From Candidatus Saccharimonadota bacterium (lineage in GTDB: Bacteria; Patescibacteriota; Saccharimonadia; Saccharimonadales; OFTM59): a stretch of DNA of 64,000 bases. The first letter of the stretch is position 1. Each line of letters starts with the position of its first letter. The stretch covers positions 813 through 64,812 of the forward strand of contig JAJDCL010000017.1 in assembly GCA_029260875.1 (NCBI GenBank), read 5' to 3'. Under the pieces are notes generated by a model. The model was not told where the DNA came from, ran no database searches, and worked only from the letters and a program-made list of their open reading frames with translations. Both the position numbers and the translations under genes were made by a program. Below are positions 18,485 to 28,381 of the stretch, one piece after another.

Positions 18485-19675
18485 TCAATGCCTGGTGATC
18501 ATTTTCGGCGCGAAAAAATTGACGCCATCAAAGTCAAAACCCATGATTTGAATGTTAGCTTCATTCGTTACCTCGACCACATACTCACTGTCGGGAGTCG
18601 CATCGAATAATTCTGAGACAAGCAGAAGCTGTTTACTCCCGGATCCAATCCCCTCGATGAGCACCATGCCAAGCATTTCAGAGCCGAAGCGGTGCGAGAT
18701 CATAACGTCCGCGCTCTGGGTGTTGGCGAGGTTCAGAATCGCTAAGCCTTCTTGGAAATCCGGTGTACGGCGTGCTGGCATGGAGAAACGGCGCCCGACG
18801 ACCGGTTGGTTTTTGAAGTCAACTTCGCGAACCCAACTCGTGAACTCGCTGGATTTACTCTCATAGCTCACCGCCACTTCCGTGCCAAACGGTCCCTGAA
18901 CGCCAATATGAGACACCTCATCCACAAAGTCAGCAAATAGCCCACCTACTCCCATGGGCTCGACCCGAATGCCGTCAACACTGACAACTTCGGTACGTAG
19001 AGGATGGCCTTGGCCATCAAAACCATTCAAATACATAGTCCCGGATCCACTGAACCGAAGCGCACTCTTGAACCCGCCCTCTAATTTGGGGATGTGAAGC
19101 AACCATCTCTGGATCACATTTACTTCAAACATGTCACCCTGCCAAATAGGATCGGGCTTGGGGGGAGGAAAGGGATACAGAACCCTAACTGAGGCATGGC
19201 CAAAAAGGCGTCGAGAGACTCCGATAAGATTCATACTTGGAGGTCGCCTCTCGCGGCCAATCGAAATCGTCTGAGGCCATTCCGTTCCTAGGACGCGCCA
19301 GGCACCCAACAACGTGCAGTCACGCAAAAAAAGGAAAAACCATTCAGCCTCGCCTTCGCCTGTAGGATCATACCCGTCGCTATTGGGATCAGGACAAAAT
19401 ACTATCAAATTGTCTTCAGGGTCGACCGAGATAAAATCCGAGAGAAAGAAATTGGGGATGGAGGAAAAAGGGTCGACGAACTCAGGTATTGACCCATCAC
19501 ATACGTTACATCCCTTGTCAAAACAAACCGACGAGAGCGAAGTCCCATCCGCACAGCGTGTTACGTTGTTCACGCAAATCACGCCTCCATGGTGAGAGCA
19601 ACACCCCTGACAGTCTTTGTAGGACGAAAGGCCGTTCAAAAACGCTGCGACTGAAAAAATAAGAGAATGGATCAA
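18485..19675 (-). CDS. hypothetical secreted protein with a Cys-rich N-terminal module
   Basis: Signal-like N-terminus, then DCQGCCSHHGGVICVNNVTRCADGTSLSSVCFDKGCNVC. The rest carries no motif I recognise. Confidence 0.45.
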   Translation of the reverse strand: MIHSLIFSVAAFLNGLSSYKDCQGCCSHHGGVICVNNVTRCADGTSLSSVCFDKGCNVCDGSIPEFVDPFSSIPNFFLSDFISVDPEDNLIVFCPDPNSDGYDPTGEGEAEWFFLFLRDCTLLGAWRVLGTEWPQTISIGRERRPPSMNLIGVSRRLFGHASVRVLYPFPPPKPDPIWQGDMFEVNVIQRWLLHIPKLEGGFKSALRFSGSGTMYLNGFDGQGHPLRTEVVSVDGIRVEPMGVGGLFADFVDEVSHIGVQGPFGTEVAVSYESKSSEFTSWVREVDFKNQPVVGRRFSMPARRTPDFQEGLAILNLANTQSADVMISHRFGSEMLGMVLIEGIGSGSKQLLLVSELFDATPDSEYVVEVTNEANIQIMGFDFDGVNFFAPKMITRH

Positions 19676-20201
19676 TTCAACGTCCTCTACCTTAATATAA
19701 CGTTACGCCACTTGAAATCAACTGTCACCCCGGCCTAATGTTATTAGGACCGTACACTTCATCAATGCCGACAAGAGTTCCTTTGAGGGCCAGCCTAGAG
19801 TCTTAACTCAGCGGAACACAAAATTCGGTAACATGTTGACAAATATAATAAGGGTGGCCGGAGATAACTCCAAATTTATGTCAGCGATAGACACCGAACA
19901 CGTCAGGTTTGGCTTTCTTCAGAAACCAAGGGGGTGTCACCTTTGGCCGAATCGTCGCCTATTGATCAGGCGAAGCCTTGTAGTTTATGGGAGTCGAGGC
20001 TCAGAGCGACCTGGTCCTCTCCCTCGGAACATAATACCAGGAAATTCGTCATTGTAGGAAGTGTGCTTTTCGAGTGCTTCTGTATGTTGAACCCCACTTC
20101 TTTGTCGCGCGGCTTAAAGCGATCTTACTTGCCAAGTGAATGAAGGGAAGAAGACGATAACGTAGGTAGGTCATCTGCATAAATACGGAACAAGCGACCT
20201 C

Positions 20202-20939
20202 CTAGCCAGGGTAAGGACCATTGCACCTGATGTGGTGTTTTATAGAAATAGAGTCTTTCCAGGATCTGACCATCAGGAGCGCTTCTTCTTCTTTCTTGAC
20301 CCAGACGTCATTTGGAAGATTACCTTGGTAACGGTGACTAGTGACCATTACGACCCATTCAATTCCTCCTGCAACCCAATACCAAACTGCATGACCATTT
20401 TGCCTTGATAAAACCATCGTTGTGATTAACCCTTTTTGGACGCTATTATTTTCATCGACCAATAGGGTCGCCCACATTTGATATTTATTTAGAATTGAAT
20501 CGTCTCTGTTCAGCAGCGCTTCACGTATTAATTCATTGTGTTTACGCCCCAAATCGACATGCTTCCAGGTATCACCTCTTGCTACACTGGCTCTCCATAA
20601 TATGCTCAAAACGAAACGGCGAACATGTTCTGCATCTTCTTTAGCAACAATGTGATGATCAGCATGCATTGTTGTTGGGATCTTTTCCCAAACAGGCCAA
20701 AATGGGATTTCTGCAAACAAATTAATGCCTGAATCGCATTCAGCACATAACAGTTTCTCGTAAATTCCTGACTGTAAAAAACGTGTTCTCCAGTCATCTT
20801 CGACAAGAAGCAGTCGATGGTTAGAATCGAACATATCTTTGTAAAGGTGGTTTGAGACAATGTGTGATTTGCACAAAGGTACTTCATTTAAGCATAGAGC
20901 ACAGTATGTTTCGATTTGGTGTTTATTGTTCATTTTCAT
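20202..20939 (-). CDS. hypothetical protein with two CxxC pairs (putative zinc ribbon)
   Basis: CALC...CKSH and CAEC near the N-terminus. No further recognisable motif. Confidence 0.4.
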   Translation of the reverse strand: MKMNNKHQIETYCALCLNEVPLCKSHIVSNHLYKDMFDSNHRLLLVEDDWRTRFLQSGIYEKLLCAECDSGINLFAEIPFWPVWEKIPTTMHADHHIVAKEDAEHVRRFVLSILWRASVARGDTWKHVDLGRKHNELIREALLNRDDSILNKYQMWATLLVDENNSVQKGLITTMVLSRQNGHAVWYWVAGGIEWVVMVTSHRYQGNLPNDVWVKKEEEALLMVRSWKDSISIKHHIRCNGPYPG

Positions 20940-20993
20940 AATGTAACTGAAGTATGTATGTTTTCCAAGATCCCGTTCGCACGAGATTCGAGT

Positions 20994-21286
20994 TCATCTT
21001 GTAGTGCTCCCCTGTTCTTTCTGCCGCCGGATCTCCCGCTGCATCTCAAATGGGCTCCCCGAAAACTCATCTCCACCTGCGCTTTCGTTCACCTTTATCC
21101 AATTTCTAATCGTGACGGCATGCACCCCTAATCGATCGGCTGCCTTCTGCAACGAATAGCCTTCTTTCTTGACCAGATTCACGGCCTCTGCCTTGAACTC
21201 GTCGCTGTACCTTGCTCCTCTGTTTCCCATTTGACACCTCTTTTACTATTCTATCTCTTGGTGTCCTTTTTTTCGGGGTAACGTCA
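20994..21286 (-). mobile_element. IS3-family fragment: left terminal IR plus truncated orfA (HTH)
   Basis: OrfA-type HTH: YSDEFKAEAVNLVKKEGYSLQKAADRLGVHAVTIRNWIK. The terminus at 21261-21286 reads (minus strand) TGACGTTACCCCGAAAAAAAGGACAC, cognate with the ends at 8516 and 14401. Confidence 0.7.
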
Positions 21287-21299
21287 GTTGACACATATG

Positions 21300-24020
21300 T
21301 TATCTTGAGGGACAGGCTTTCCCTAGATCTAACCATTGCTCTTTGAAACCCCCATCAGTTGCGCGCCTCACATCTGGAAGCACGTCTGACTTCAGTTCCT
21401 CGACAACTTTTTCGAACCTAGATGAAACTGAAAGCTGTGCTTGGTTGTGCCAGACGCGCATGGCATAAGTCAACTTTGCAACCTCGTAACGCTGTACTGG
21501 TTTAGCTTCATCGTTACTTCGTTGTTGAATGCTCATTGGCCCTAGACTTGTAACCTCTTGCCAGGCGTCCAAGCTTGAATCAAGCAATCGCATTGATTGC
21601 TCATTGAAACGGCTCGGTGATTCTCTGATCAAACAACTCAAATGATACAGGCCCCTTTCTAGATAACGGCCACATCTAAAGGCTACTCGATATACCAATC
21701 TTTGATTGAGATCCTCCACCATATCTAGCAACCTATGATCGGATGTTTCCTGTTGATTCAAAACTCTAATAGCAAAATAGGAACAATCCTGTTCTTCTAT
21801 GTCCAAAGAGTCCATTGATTTCCTTATTAATTCGTAAGTTCGGTTTCGCATACCCGAAGATCGTGACGCTAATGAAGCAAAAATTGAGTGGTAAAAGCGA
21901 CATGGTCGGTCAACAGTGTTCAGCTGCTCCAATACCTTGGTTATCTGGCCATTGTTCAAGCTCGGAATGATGATCCCCGCGATACATCTCGCTATGTACT
22001 GAAAAGCGTCTTGATTTAAGATAAATTCAAGGTCAGGACTAACTGATATCAATTTATGGTCCTTGTCAATTGCTTCAAGAATCCTTTCAAAGATGGTCAT
22101 AAGCTCGTCTTGCTGCCAAACAACAGGGCCTCTCGGTGAATCACAGAATTCAACTGTTGGTTTTGAACAGTGCAGTAATTGACTGGCGATATTAGTACGT
22201 TGGCTCCTTGCACCACCGATGTAGTGATTGACAAAACCCTCAAATACTTGCTTCTTAGAAGCTTCCCTCGGCGAAAATCCATTTTGAAAATCTGGAAGAT
22301 GAACCAACAACGAGGTTCCAATCGTTAGTTTTCTCACTTCTACCGTCTTCTCGAATAACAACCGCTGACTTTTGGTCACTTTTTTCGCTAACATTAAATA
22401 AACAAATCTCTCCGCGCCGATGTTTGCCATAAAGGGTTCGGCACGGCGGATAAGTTCCACTAGCTTATCCACCGCCTGTTCGAGGTCCAGATGTTTTCTC
22501 GTACGATTCCGCAGCCTACTGAAGATAATGACTCCCACAGCATCTTGGAATGCCGACGCTACCTTAGCGTCAACCGTAGAAGGTATTAATCTAGGTAACC
22601 ATTCAAGAAATTGGCGGTCGTCGGCATCCTCACATATTCTCATCAGCCAGAGAGTAGTTTCGCTTTCGTAATCAGAATCATACTTCAAGCGTCTATTCCC
22701 TAGTATCTTAAGTGCAATGTCGAAAGATCGCTCGCGCTGTTCAATGTTCATTCGAAAAGCCAACCTTGATAAGACTTCCTGTGCTGCTCTGACTACATGA
22801 CAACTTGACTCTGTCACCTCTTTTTCAAGATGCCTCTCGACTATTTCTAGGCATGATTGGCCTATATCCTCTGCGTAACTAGTGGTTAGTTGTGCGATCG
22901 AGCGTCTGCCAGATTCCGTCGATTTTGCCAATGCACTCCACATCCCTGCCCGAATCAAATAAAACGGGAAGTAGACGCCAAACCCGGCGGTAATCCAAGT
23001 GCTTACAGCTTCAAGAGTTTCACGATGCTTTCTAAATCTTGAATTGAAAGGGATGCCTGTTGTTTCAAAAAGACGTAGATAAGCAAATGCTGGGAAAGAA
23101 TCTTTAAAACTGCTTCGTAAAGAATGCACTGACTGGGTAATTGAGATCGAATCAAAGTCGTAGTTGACCGTGCTATGTTTTTGGACTGGGCGACTCAATG
23201 GTTCTTGCAATTCAACTATTAACGTCTTTGGGTTGCAATCCCATTGTTGTAATTGAGACCAGCGCTCATCAAGAAAACTCTTTTCCAGTCTTTTCCTGGA
23301 AATGACTCGTAATTCGAATAGGACGAATTCCATCCATCCTTCATACGATAGCAGCTCGATATCATTGTTGTTTTTGTAGAGTGCAGTTCGAACAGACTCT
23401 AGCCCTTTTTCCAACAATTCAGTCCCTTTTTCCCGCTCTCCTAACTCTACAAGCGTTCCTGCCTTCCAAAGCAGAGCTCTGGTGGAATTAGTTGACACGT
23501 CCCATTGATTGACCACATTCCTAGCTTTGTCTCGCTCGATATGCCACAGATGAAATAAGACTTGTTCATAAGTAATCCTGTGCATCAAAAAACCGTCCAA
23601 TGGTGACAGTAATTGAGTTGACTTAAAGAGATCCCCCCAACCATTTACATCAAAGTTCTCTCGGTAATGCCTCAAGAGTGTCAGTGCCACCATTGCTTTA
23701 TCATCGTCAAGGCTCTTCTCACCACCGATCTGATCAAGAATTGACTTTAAAGAATCAGCGATCTTGGCATCAATGGGAAGCAACGCGATCTCGATTCGCC
23801 AACAGAACAGAATGAGTAAACGTAGCCTCAAGTTTAAATCTAAATCGTCAAGAAGGATAAGACAGTTGGGGAGATAGTGCAGGGTTTCGTCCTCAAGAAT
23901 CTGCCTCCGCCTCTTGTTAGCTATTAGCCAACCTGGGTATGATTCGCGCTGGAACGTCCAACGTTCTATTAGCGCCTTGAGTTGGTCTACGGTCTCTATC
24001 GTCACGATATGTTCGGCCAT
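21300..24020 (-). CDS. large (906 aa) all-helical repeat-like protein, partner of the SIR2-like gene
   Basis: Long uninterrupted ORF whose start overlaps the SIR2-like ORF end by 19 bp. I found no Walker or nuclease motif. The composition suggests HEAT/TPR-like helices. Confidence 0.55.
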   Translation of the reverse strand: MAEHIVTIETVDQLKALIERWTFQRESYPGWLIANKRRRQILEDETLHYLPNCLILLDDLDLNLRLRLLILFCWRIEIALLPIDAKIADSLKSILDQIGGEKSLDDDKAMVALTLLRHYRENFDVNGWGDLFKSTQLLSPLDGFLMHRITYEQVLFHLWHIERDKARNVVNQWDVSTNSTRALLWKAGTLVELGEREKGTELLEKGLESVRTALYKNNNDIELLSYEGWMEFVLFELRVISRKRLEKSFLDERWSQLQQWDCNPKTLIVELQEPLSRPVQKHSTVNYDFDSISITQSVHSLRSSFKDSFPAFAYLRLFETTGIPFNSRFRKHRETLEAVSTWITAGFGVYFPFYLIRAGMWSALAKSTESGRRSIAQLTTSYAEDIGQSCLEIVERHLEKEVTESSCHVVRAAQEVLSRLAFRMNIEQRERSFDIALKILGNRRLKYDSDYESETTLWLMRICEDADDRQFLEWLPRLIPSTVDAKVASAFQDAVGVIIFSRLRNRTRKHLDLEQAVDKLVELIRRAEPFMANIGAERFVYLMLAKKVTKSQRLLFEKTVEVRKLTIGTSLLVHLPDFQNGFSPREASKKQVFEGFVNHYIGGARSQRTNIASQLLHCSKPTVEFCDSPRGPVVWQQDELMTIFERILEAIDKDHKLISVSPDLEFILNQDAFQYIARCIAGIIIPSLNNGQITKVLEQLNTVDRPCRFYHSIFASLASRSSGMRNRTYELIRKSMDSLDIEEQDCSYFAIRVLNQQETSDHRLLDMVEDLNQRLVYRVAFRCGRYLERGLYHLSCLIRESPSRFNEQSMRLLDSSLDAWQEVTSLGPMSIQQRSNDEAKPVQRYEVAKLTYAMRVWHNQAQLSVSSRFEKVVEELKSDVLPDVRRATDGGFKEQWLDLGKACPSR

Positions 24021-25039
24021 TCTTGATACCTGTCCTTGATAGGCCTTGAATTTTCTAAATAGCTGATAAATTGAGATAATGCACCACTGTGGTCTATCTC
24101 CCCATTGAGTGGCGTCATATCAATCGTAGAAACTCCTTCTTTCTCGAGCAACCGGCGTTTTGACCGAGAAAACTCTAACCCTACCAAATAGACAGGGAGT
24201 TTTTTGTTATCCAGTACATCTCGAGTCCATCCTAGCCAGGCTGAGAAATTGGGATCATCTCCTGAGAACCCAACCAGGACAAATGCGTTTTGAATTAATG
24301 CCTGACGTACCGTGTTCACAAAAACCGGATAATCTTGTGGATATTTCCGAAAATTCTCTTTTGTCATCACGAAGGGTGTTTCACTAGGTAACGATCCATG
24401 GAGTTTAATAATTCTTGGAGCAGCAGCGTAAGTCAGTTCATCAGGTTTCGTAATAGGAGAGTATCTTCGTTGCGCGTGCGTTCGTTCCAACAACGTGTCG
24501 TAGTTAGTAGTGAACACATCGACCCATGGCAGATTAAGCAAACGAGTATGTAATTGGGAGGGTTCAAATTGGTTATCATCAATCATCTTCCGTATTTTTT
24601 CCCAAAGCCTATTTTCCCCAAACACCGCTGCGTACTCGCTGGCAATGGTTGTGGGATCAAAAGTTTTTTGTGACGTGTTGTACCCAAGTTCACACGATAG
24701 CGTTTGAACAAGTTTATTCCATCTTGGCATTCTCTTTGATGAGCACGAAGAATGGCGGGAGTTCATGCTAAAACCCGCTCCGACCATTAGCGCGGCACGA
24801 CGCGGGGAATGCCATAGGTATTCGGATAGCGTCTTGAGGTGATTATCGTCAGCTGAGTTGGTATTTGGCTTGACAGTCACATGCACACCAATGGCGAAAC
24901 TAGTATAGGAGTGGCTGAATGGACGTCGGCATTTTGTCTCGATTTCCTGGAAAATGCCAACCTGAAAAGTGGGATTTACAGATACACAAATAGAGTACCG
25001 GTTTTTCTGGTTTTTTGCAAAATCATGATTGTCCTGCAT
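24002..25039 (-). CDS. SIR2-like (SIR2_2 family) putative NADase
   Basis: LMVGAGFSMNS, VDVFTTNYDTLLERT, IIKLHGSL and FVLVGFSGDDPNF match the four conserved blocks of the defence-type SIR2_2 family. The true start may be downstream of 25039. Confidence 0.75.
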   Translation of the reverse strand: MQDNHDFAKNQKNRYSICVSVNPTFQVGIFQEIETKCRRPFSHSYTSFAIGVHVTVKPNTNSADDNHLKTLSEYLWHSPRRAALMVGAGFSMNSRHSSCSSKRMPRWNKLVQTLSCELGYNTSQKTFDPTTIASEYAAVFGENRLWEKIRKMIDDNQFEPSQLHTRLLNLPWVDVFTTNYDTLLERTHAQRRYSPITKPDELTYAAAPRIIKLHGSLPSETPFVMTKENFRKYPQDYPVFVNTVRQALIQNAFVLVGFSGDDPNFSAWLGWTRDVLDNKKLPVYLVGLEFSRSKRRLLEKEGVSTIDMTPLNGEIDHSGALSQFISYLENSRPIKDRYQEWPNIS

Positions 25040-25617
25040 TCAATATTCATAACAATGTGAACACAAGTCCGATTAGACCTATTAAGGGTAATACCCATTT
25101 TCGATTGCAAAATTACTCTAGGAAATTGATTACCCATTTTTCAAAGATTGGATCAGTGGATTCGACGCAGTAACGATGAGATTTGTGCGTGATAAATGTC
25201 GTTTGATTTCGTTTCTGGCCTAGTCCTCATCATTGGGCCGAACAACGCGCATATGTAGCCAAGCGTGACGTCCACCTCAAGAAATCGAAAGGCAAATGCC
25301 GAAAATGGGGTTTTTGGTTTCCCTAAAAATCAAATCGTCGGTGAATTTCAATCCCAGCATAGCGTCGAGTTGAAAATTTTTCGTCTTGAGTTATTTTGCT
25401 GACTCGAACATAACCTAGTAGCCTTCCCATCTCGCAACTTCATCACTTTTAGATGAGTTTGTGATAGGTAGTTTGTTGAGACGGAAATTTGCTAGGAAAC
25501 CGACCCCATCTCAGGAAGACTTAACCTCATTGAGAAATACACTCATCAAACGTTCGTATGATGAGTACCCAGCATCGAGTGGGTAAAGCCTGACTCTTAC
25601 AGAGGGGGCCCGCGTCG

Positions 25618-25652
25618 ACACATAAAACCGACAGACGATCGGTTTTATGTGT
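25618..25652. promoter_or_regulatory. perfect 14-bp-arm palindrome upstream of the blaI-like gene (candidate operator)
   Basis: acacataaaaccga-cagacga-tcggttttatgtgt lies about 40 bp upstream of ATG 25695. It is not followed by a T-tract, so an operator is favoured over a terminator. Confidence 0.4.
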
Positions 25653-25694
25653 TAAACTGGCCAGAATCAGAGATCTTACAGGTTGATTTACTTT

Positions 25695-26084
25695 ATGAAT
25701 TTAGGCGAACTTGAGAAAAAAGTGTTGAAATACTTCTGGCGCGTTCATGTCTCAGATGCCAAACAAGTCCATGAGTTTTTTGAAAAACGACGAGGAGGAT
25801 CTCTCAATACGATTCAAAGTACACTAGACCGTCTTTTCAAAAAGAAACTGTTGATACGAAACAAGGTAGGCCACGCTTATCAATATAGTGCCGCAACAAA
25901 TCGCAAAGAATTTATTGGGTTGCTTATCAAAGATGTTACGTACGATTTTACATCGGGTGATGGCGAAAGCCTCCTTGCTGCATTTGTTTCGTTATCGGCC
26001 GAGCTAAATGAAGAGCATCTCGATAAGCTTGAAAAGCTAATTCAAGACTATCGTTCCAATTGCCTCTCGGATAAAGACGAATGA
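25695..26084 (+). CDS. BlaI/MecI/CopY-family winged-helix repressor
   Basis: MNLGELEKKVLKYFW...NTIQSTLDRLFKKKLL is the typical family N-terminus. There is no C-terminal CxCxxxxCxC copper motif. ATGA overlap with the next gene. Confidence 0.8.
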   Translation: MNLGELEKKVLKYFWRVHVSDAKQVHEFFEKRRGGSLNTIQSTLDRLFKKKLLIRNKVGHAYQYSAATNRKEFIGLLIKDVTYDFTSGDGESLLAAFVSLSAELNEEHLDKLEKLIQDYRSNCLSDKDE

Positions 26085-27043
26085 TAGTAGGTGGATCGGC
26101 AATTTTTCTGAATATCATTGGCCTGGAAGCCTTCAGTATCCTTGTAGTGGTAGGTGCCATCACGTTATTGACCAGGTTGAGACCGTCATACTTGGACTCA
26201 TATTCTGCACTAATTCGATGTCGCATCTTGTGGTTGATCGCCTTATCACCTTGGTTGGTCGGACTGTTTTCAGGAATTCTTGCCCTTGCTCCCCGAAGCC
26301 GATGGCCTTTTCCTGATGTCCTCAAATTTCTCCATTGGCATCATCCTCAAATGTTTACATTCTACAGCTGGCACGGGCTCTTCGTTTTCATTGCAGTCTG
26401 CAGCATGGGCTCCTTAGGAATTCGAAGTTTGATTCGGATGAGCGTTAGTATGCGTCAAGCGAAGTTAATTCGGTTTTTTGCAGAGCCTGATGGGCGGGGT
26501 TTTTATCGACTCGAAACAGACGTCCCTTCGGCGTTTACGACAGGCTTTTTTCGGCCTTGCTGCTATGTGACATCAGCTCTACGTCGTCAGCTCACGGATC
26601 AGGAGTACTTAATAGTCCGGTTGCACGAATTTGAACATTCAAGGCAGTTCGATCCTTTGAAAAAGTGGCTATTTCAGCTGTTGACCTCTTTTTTTCCTCA
26701 TGAAACATGCAGACACTATAATCAATCCTTGGCCCTTGCGATGGAACTGGCCGCAGATTCCGCAGTGTTACGAAAGGTAGACGACAAATCGTTGATTGCC
26801 ACCACGATGCTGAAGGTAAAACGGTTGATGGCATCGCCTTCCTATACTTTGTATGCCTCCATATGTCATTTTGGGATGAATGATATTGAGGAACGAATTG
26901 GCTATCTATTTGCAGAGAAACACGAAAAAAGATTCCCATGTCTCTCTGCAGTTTTCGGTGCAATATCATTGTCTTTGGTAAGCGTTTTGTGCGCTGACAT
27001 TTTTCATCACGTTGTCGAATATTTTCTCTCACACTCACATTAG
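26081..27043 (+). CDS. M56-family (BlaR1-like) membrane metallopeptidase without a penicillin-binding sensor domain
   Basis: Four or more TM segments and HEFEHSRQFD (HEXXH followed by D). At 320 aa it is too short to carry a C-terminal transpeptidase-like sensor. Confidence 0.7.
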   Translation: MIVGGSAIFLNIIGLEAFSILVVVGAITLLTRLRPSYLDSYSALIRCRILWLIALSPWLVGLFSGILALAPRSRWPFPDVLKFLHWHHPQMFTFYSWHGLFVFIAVCSMGSLGIRSLIRMSVSMRQAKLIRFFAEPDGRGFYRLETDVPSAFTTGFFRPCCYVTSALRRQLTDQEYLIVRLHEFEHSRQFDPLKKWLFQLLTSFFPHETCRHYNQSLALAMELAADSAVLRKVDDKSLIATTMLKVKRLMASPSYTLYASICHFGMNDIEERIGYLFAEKHEKRFPCLSAVFGAISLSLVSVLCADIFHHVVEYFLSHSH

Positions 27044-27052
27044 GATCATTAT

Positions 27053-28381
27053 ATGTTTATGAACAAGATAGTTTTCTCGCAAACAAAACCGACCAGCAGT
27101 CGGTTTTTACCCAAGACTATGGTGCACAAGTTGAAAGGACTCTCGGTTGTGCTACTTTCGACGCTAGTTTTCTCTGTCTCAGCCAGTGCTAGTGAAAGTT
27201 TGACGCTTTCAGAGGCTATACATAGAACTTTCGCGAGCAACCCTGAATTAAAGCCTTTTATCCACAAACTCGAAGCCCAGCAGGGAAAAATCGTTCAAGC
27301 AGAGCTACCTTCAAAAATTGACGTTGGAGTCGAAGTTGAGGATGTAATGGGGACCGGCAGTGTTAGTGGTATTAGCAATGCCCAAACGACGCTGAGCATT
27401 GGATGGGTCTTAAACAGCGACTTGCGACAGAAACGCGTTGATGTAGCCAGCTACGAAACGAAGCTCATCGAAAGCGAAAGAGAAATAGCGCGACTTGACG
27501 TAGCTTCCCAAACCGCTAGATATTTTATAGCTGCACTTTCACACCAAGAGCGAATCTTGATCGCCGATAGGGCTTTCATATTGTCGCAAACAACAGCGTC
27601 AGAAATAAAGAAAAGAGTAGGTGCAGGTAAGGCTCCTGAGGCAGAATTACTGAGAGCAGAGGCGGATATCGCCAAGCGGAGGCTTGTACTCATTGATCTG
27701 AAGTATGCGCAAAGATCGGCATTCCACCAACTCGCTGCCCAATGGGGTTCGACAGAACCCGATTTTCAGACTGTGTCTGGTGCCCTCTCGTCCTTGCCGG
27801 AAATCATCACCTTCAAGGCTCTGAAGGAGCAATTAGGCAACAATCCGGATTTGATCAAATATCTTTCGTTGGAACGATTGGCCGAAGCAGAGCTGAAACT
27901 TGCGGAAGAAGAGCGAAACCCCCTGTGGCGCTTTTCCGCAGGGTTGAGGCGATTTGAAGGTTCTGATGATAGCGGTCTTGTTGCCGGGTTTTCGTTACCA
28001 TTAAACGGGCGCAACCGCAATCAGGGGCGCATTGCTGAAGTAGCTGCCATTATCGACCGTCACCAATCTGAAGCCAGCGCAGAGCGGATTAGAGCACAAA
28101 CGGCTCTTTTTATCTACTATCAGCAATTGCAGCGAGACATCCAGATATGTAACACATTGAGAACCGACGTCATTCCGCGATTGGAAATGGCATTAATAGA
28201 AACTAATAAAGCCTATGAGTCGGGGAGATACAGCTATCTCGAATTGATATCGGTACAAAACGAGTTACTGGCTGCTCAGTCGTCTTTGTTGGATGCAAGC
28301 TTGCTATCTCATCTTAACAAGATCGAAATCGAACGATTGACCGGGGTACGCCTAAATACACTTAAGAGAGCAGAACAATGA
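27053..28381 (+). CDS. czcC: TolC/CzcC-family outer-membrane efflux factor
   Basis: Signal peptide, two-repeat coiled OMF architecture and position ahead of the MFP and RND genes. ATGA overlap with the next gene. Confidence 0.8.
   Translation: MFMNKIVFSQTKPTSSRFLPKTMVHKLKGLSVVLLSTLVFSVSASASESLTLSEAIHRTFASNPELKPFIHKLEAQQGKIVQAELPSKIDVGVEVEDVMGTGSVSGISNAQTTLSIGWVLNSDLRQKRVDVASYETKLIESEREIARLDVASQTARYFIAALSHQERILIADRAFILSQTTASEIKKRVGAGKAPEAELLRAEADIAKRRLVLIDLKYAQRSAFHQLAAQWGSTEPDFQTVSGALSSLPEIITFKALKEQLGNNPDLIKYLSLERLAEAELKLAEEERNPLWRFSAGLRRFEGSDDSGLVAGFSLPLNGRNRNQGRIAEVAAIIDRHQSEASAERIRAQTALFIYYQQLQRDIQICNTLRTDVIPRLEMALIETNKAYESGRYSYLELISVQNELLAAQSSLLDASLLSHLNKIEIERLTGVRLNTLKRAEQ

Noticed and set aside
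25092-25140. The 10-bp motif tacccatttt is repeated 39 bp apart, upstream of the SIR2-like gene, and could be a regulator-binding pair.
   Set aside because: 10-mers recur by chance many times in 64 kb, and the region is AT-rich. No dyad or further support.
25307-25317. ggggtttttgg matches the outer 11 nt of the IR at 56883-56922 (reverse complement). It could be the missing partner IR, which would make 25.3-56.9 kb one giant transposon.
   Set aside because: Only 11 nt match and the sequences diverge completely afterwards. That is too short to distinguish from chance.
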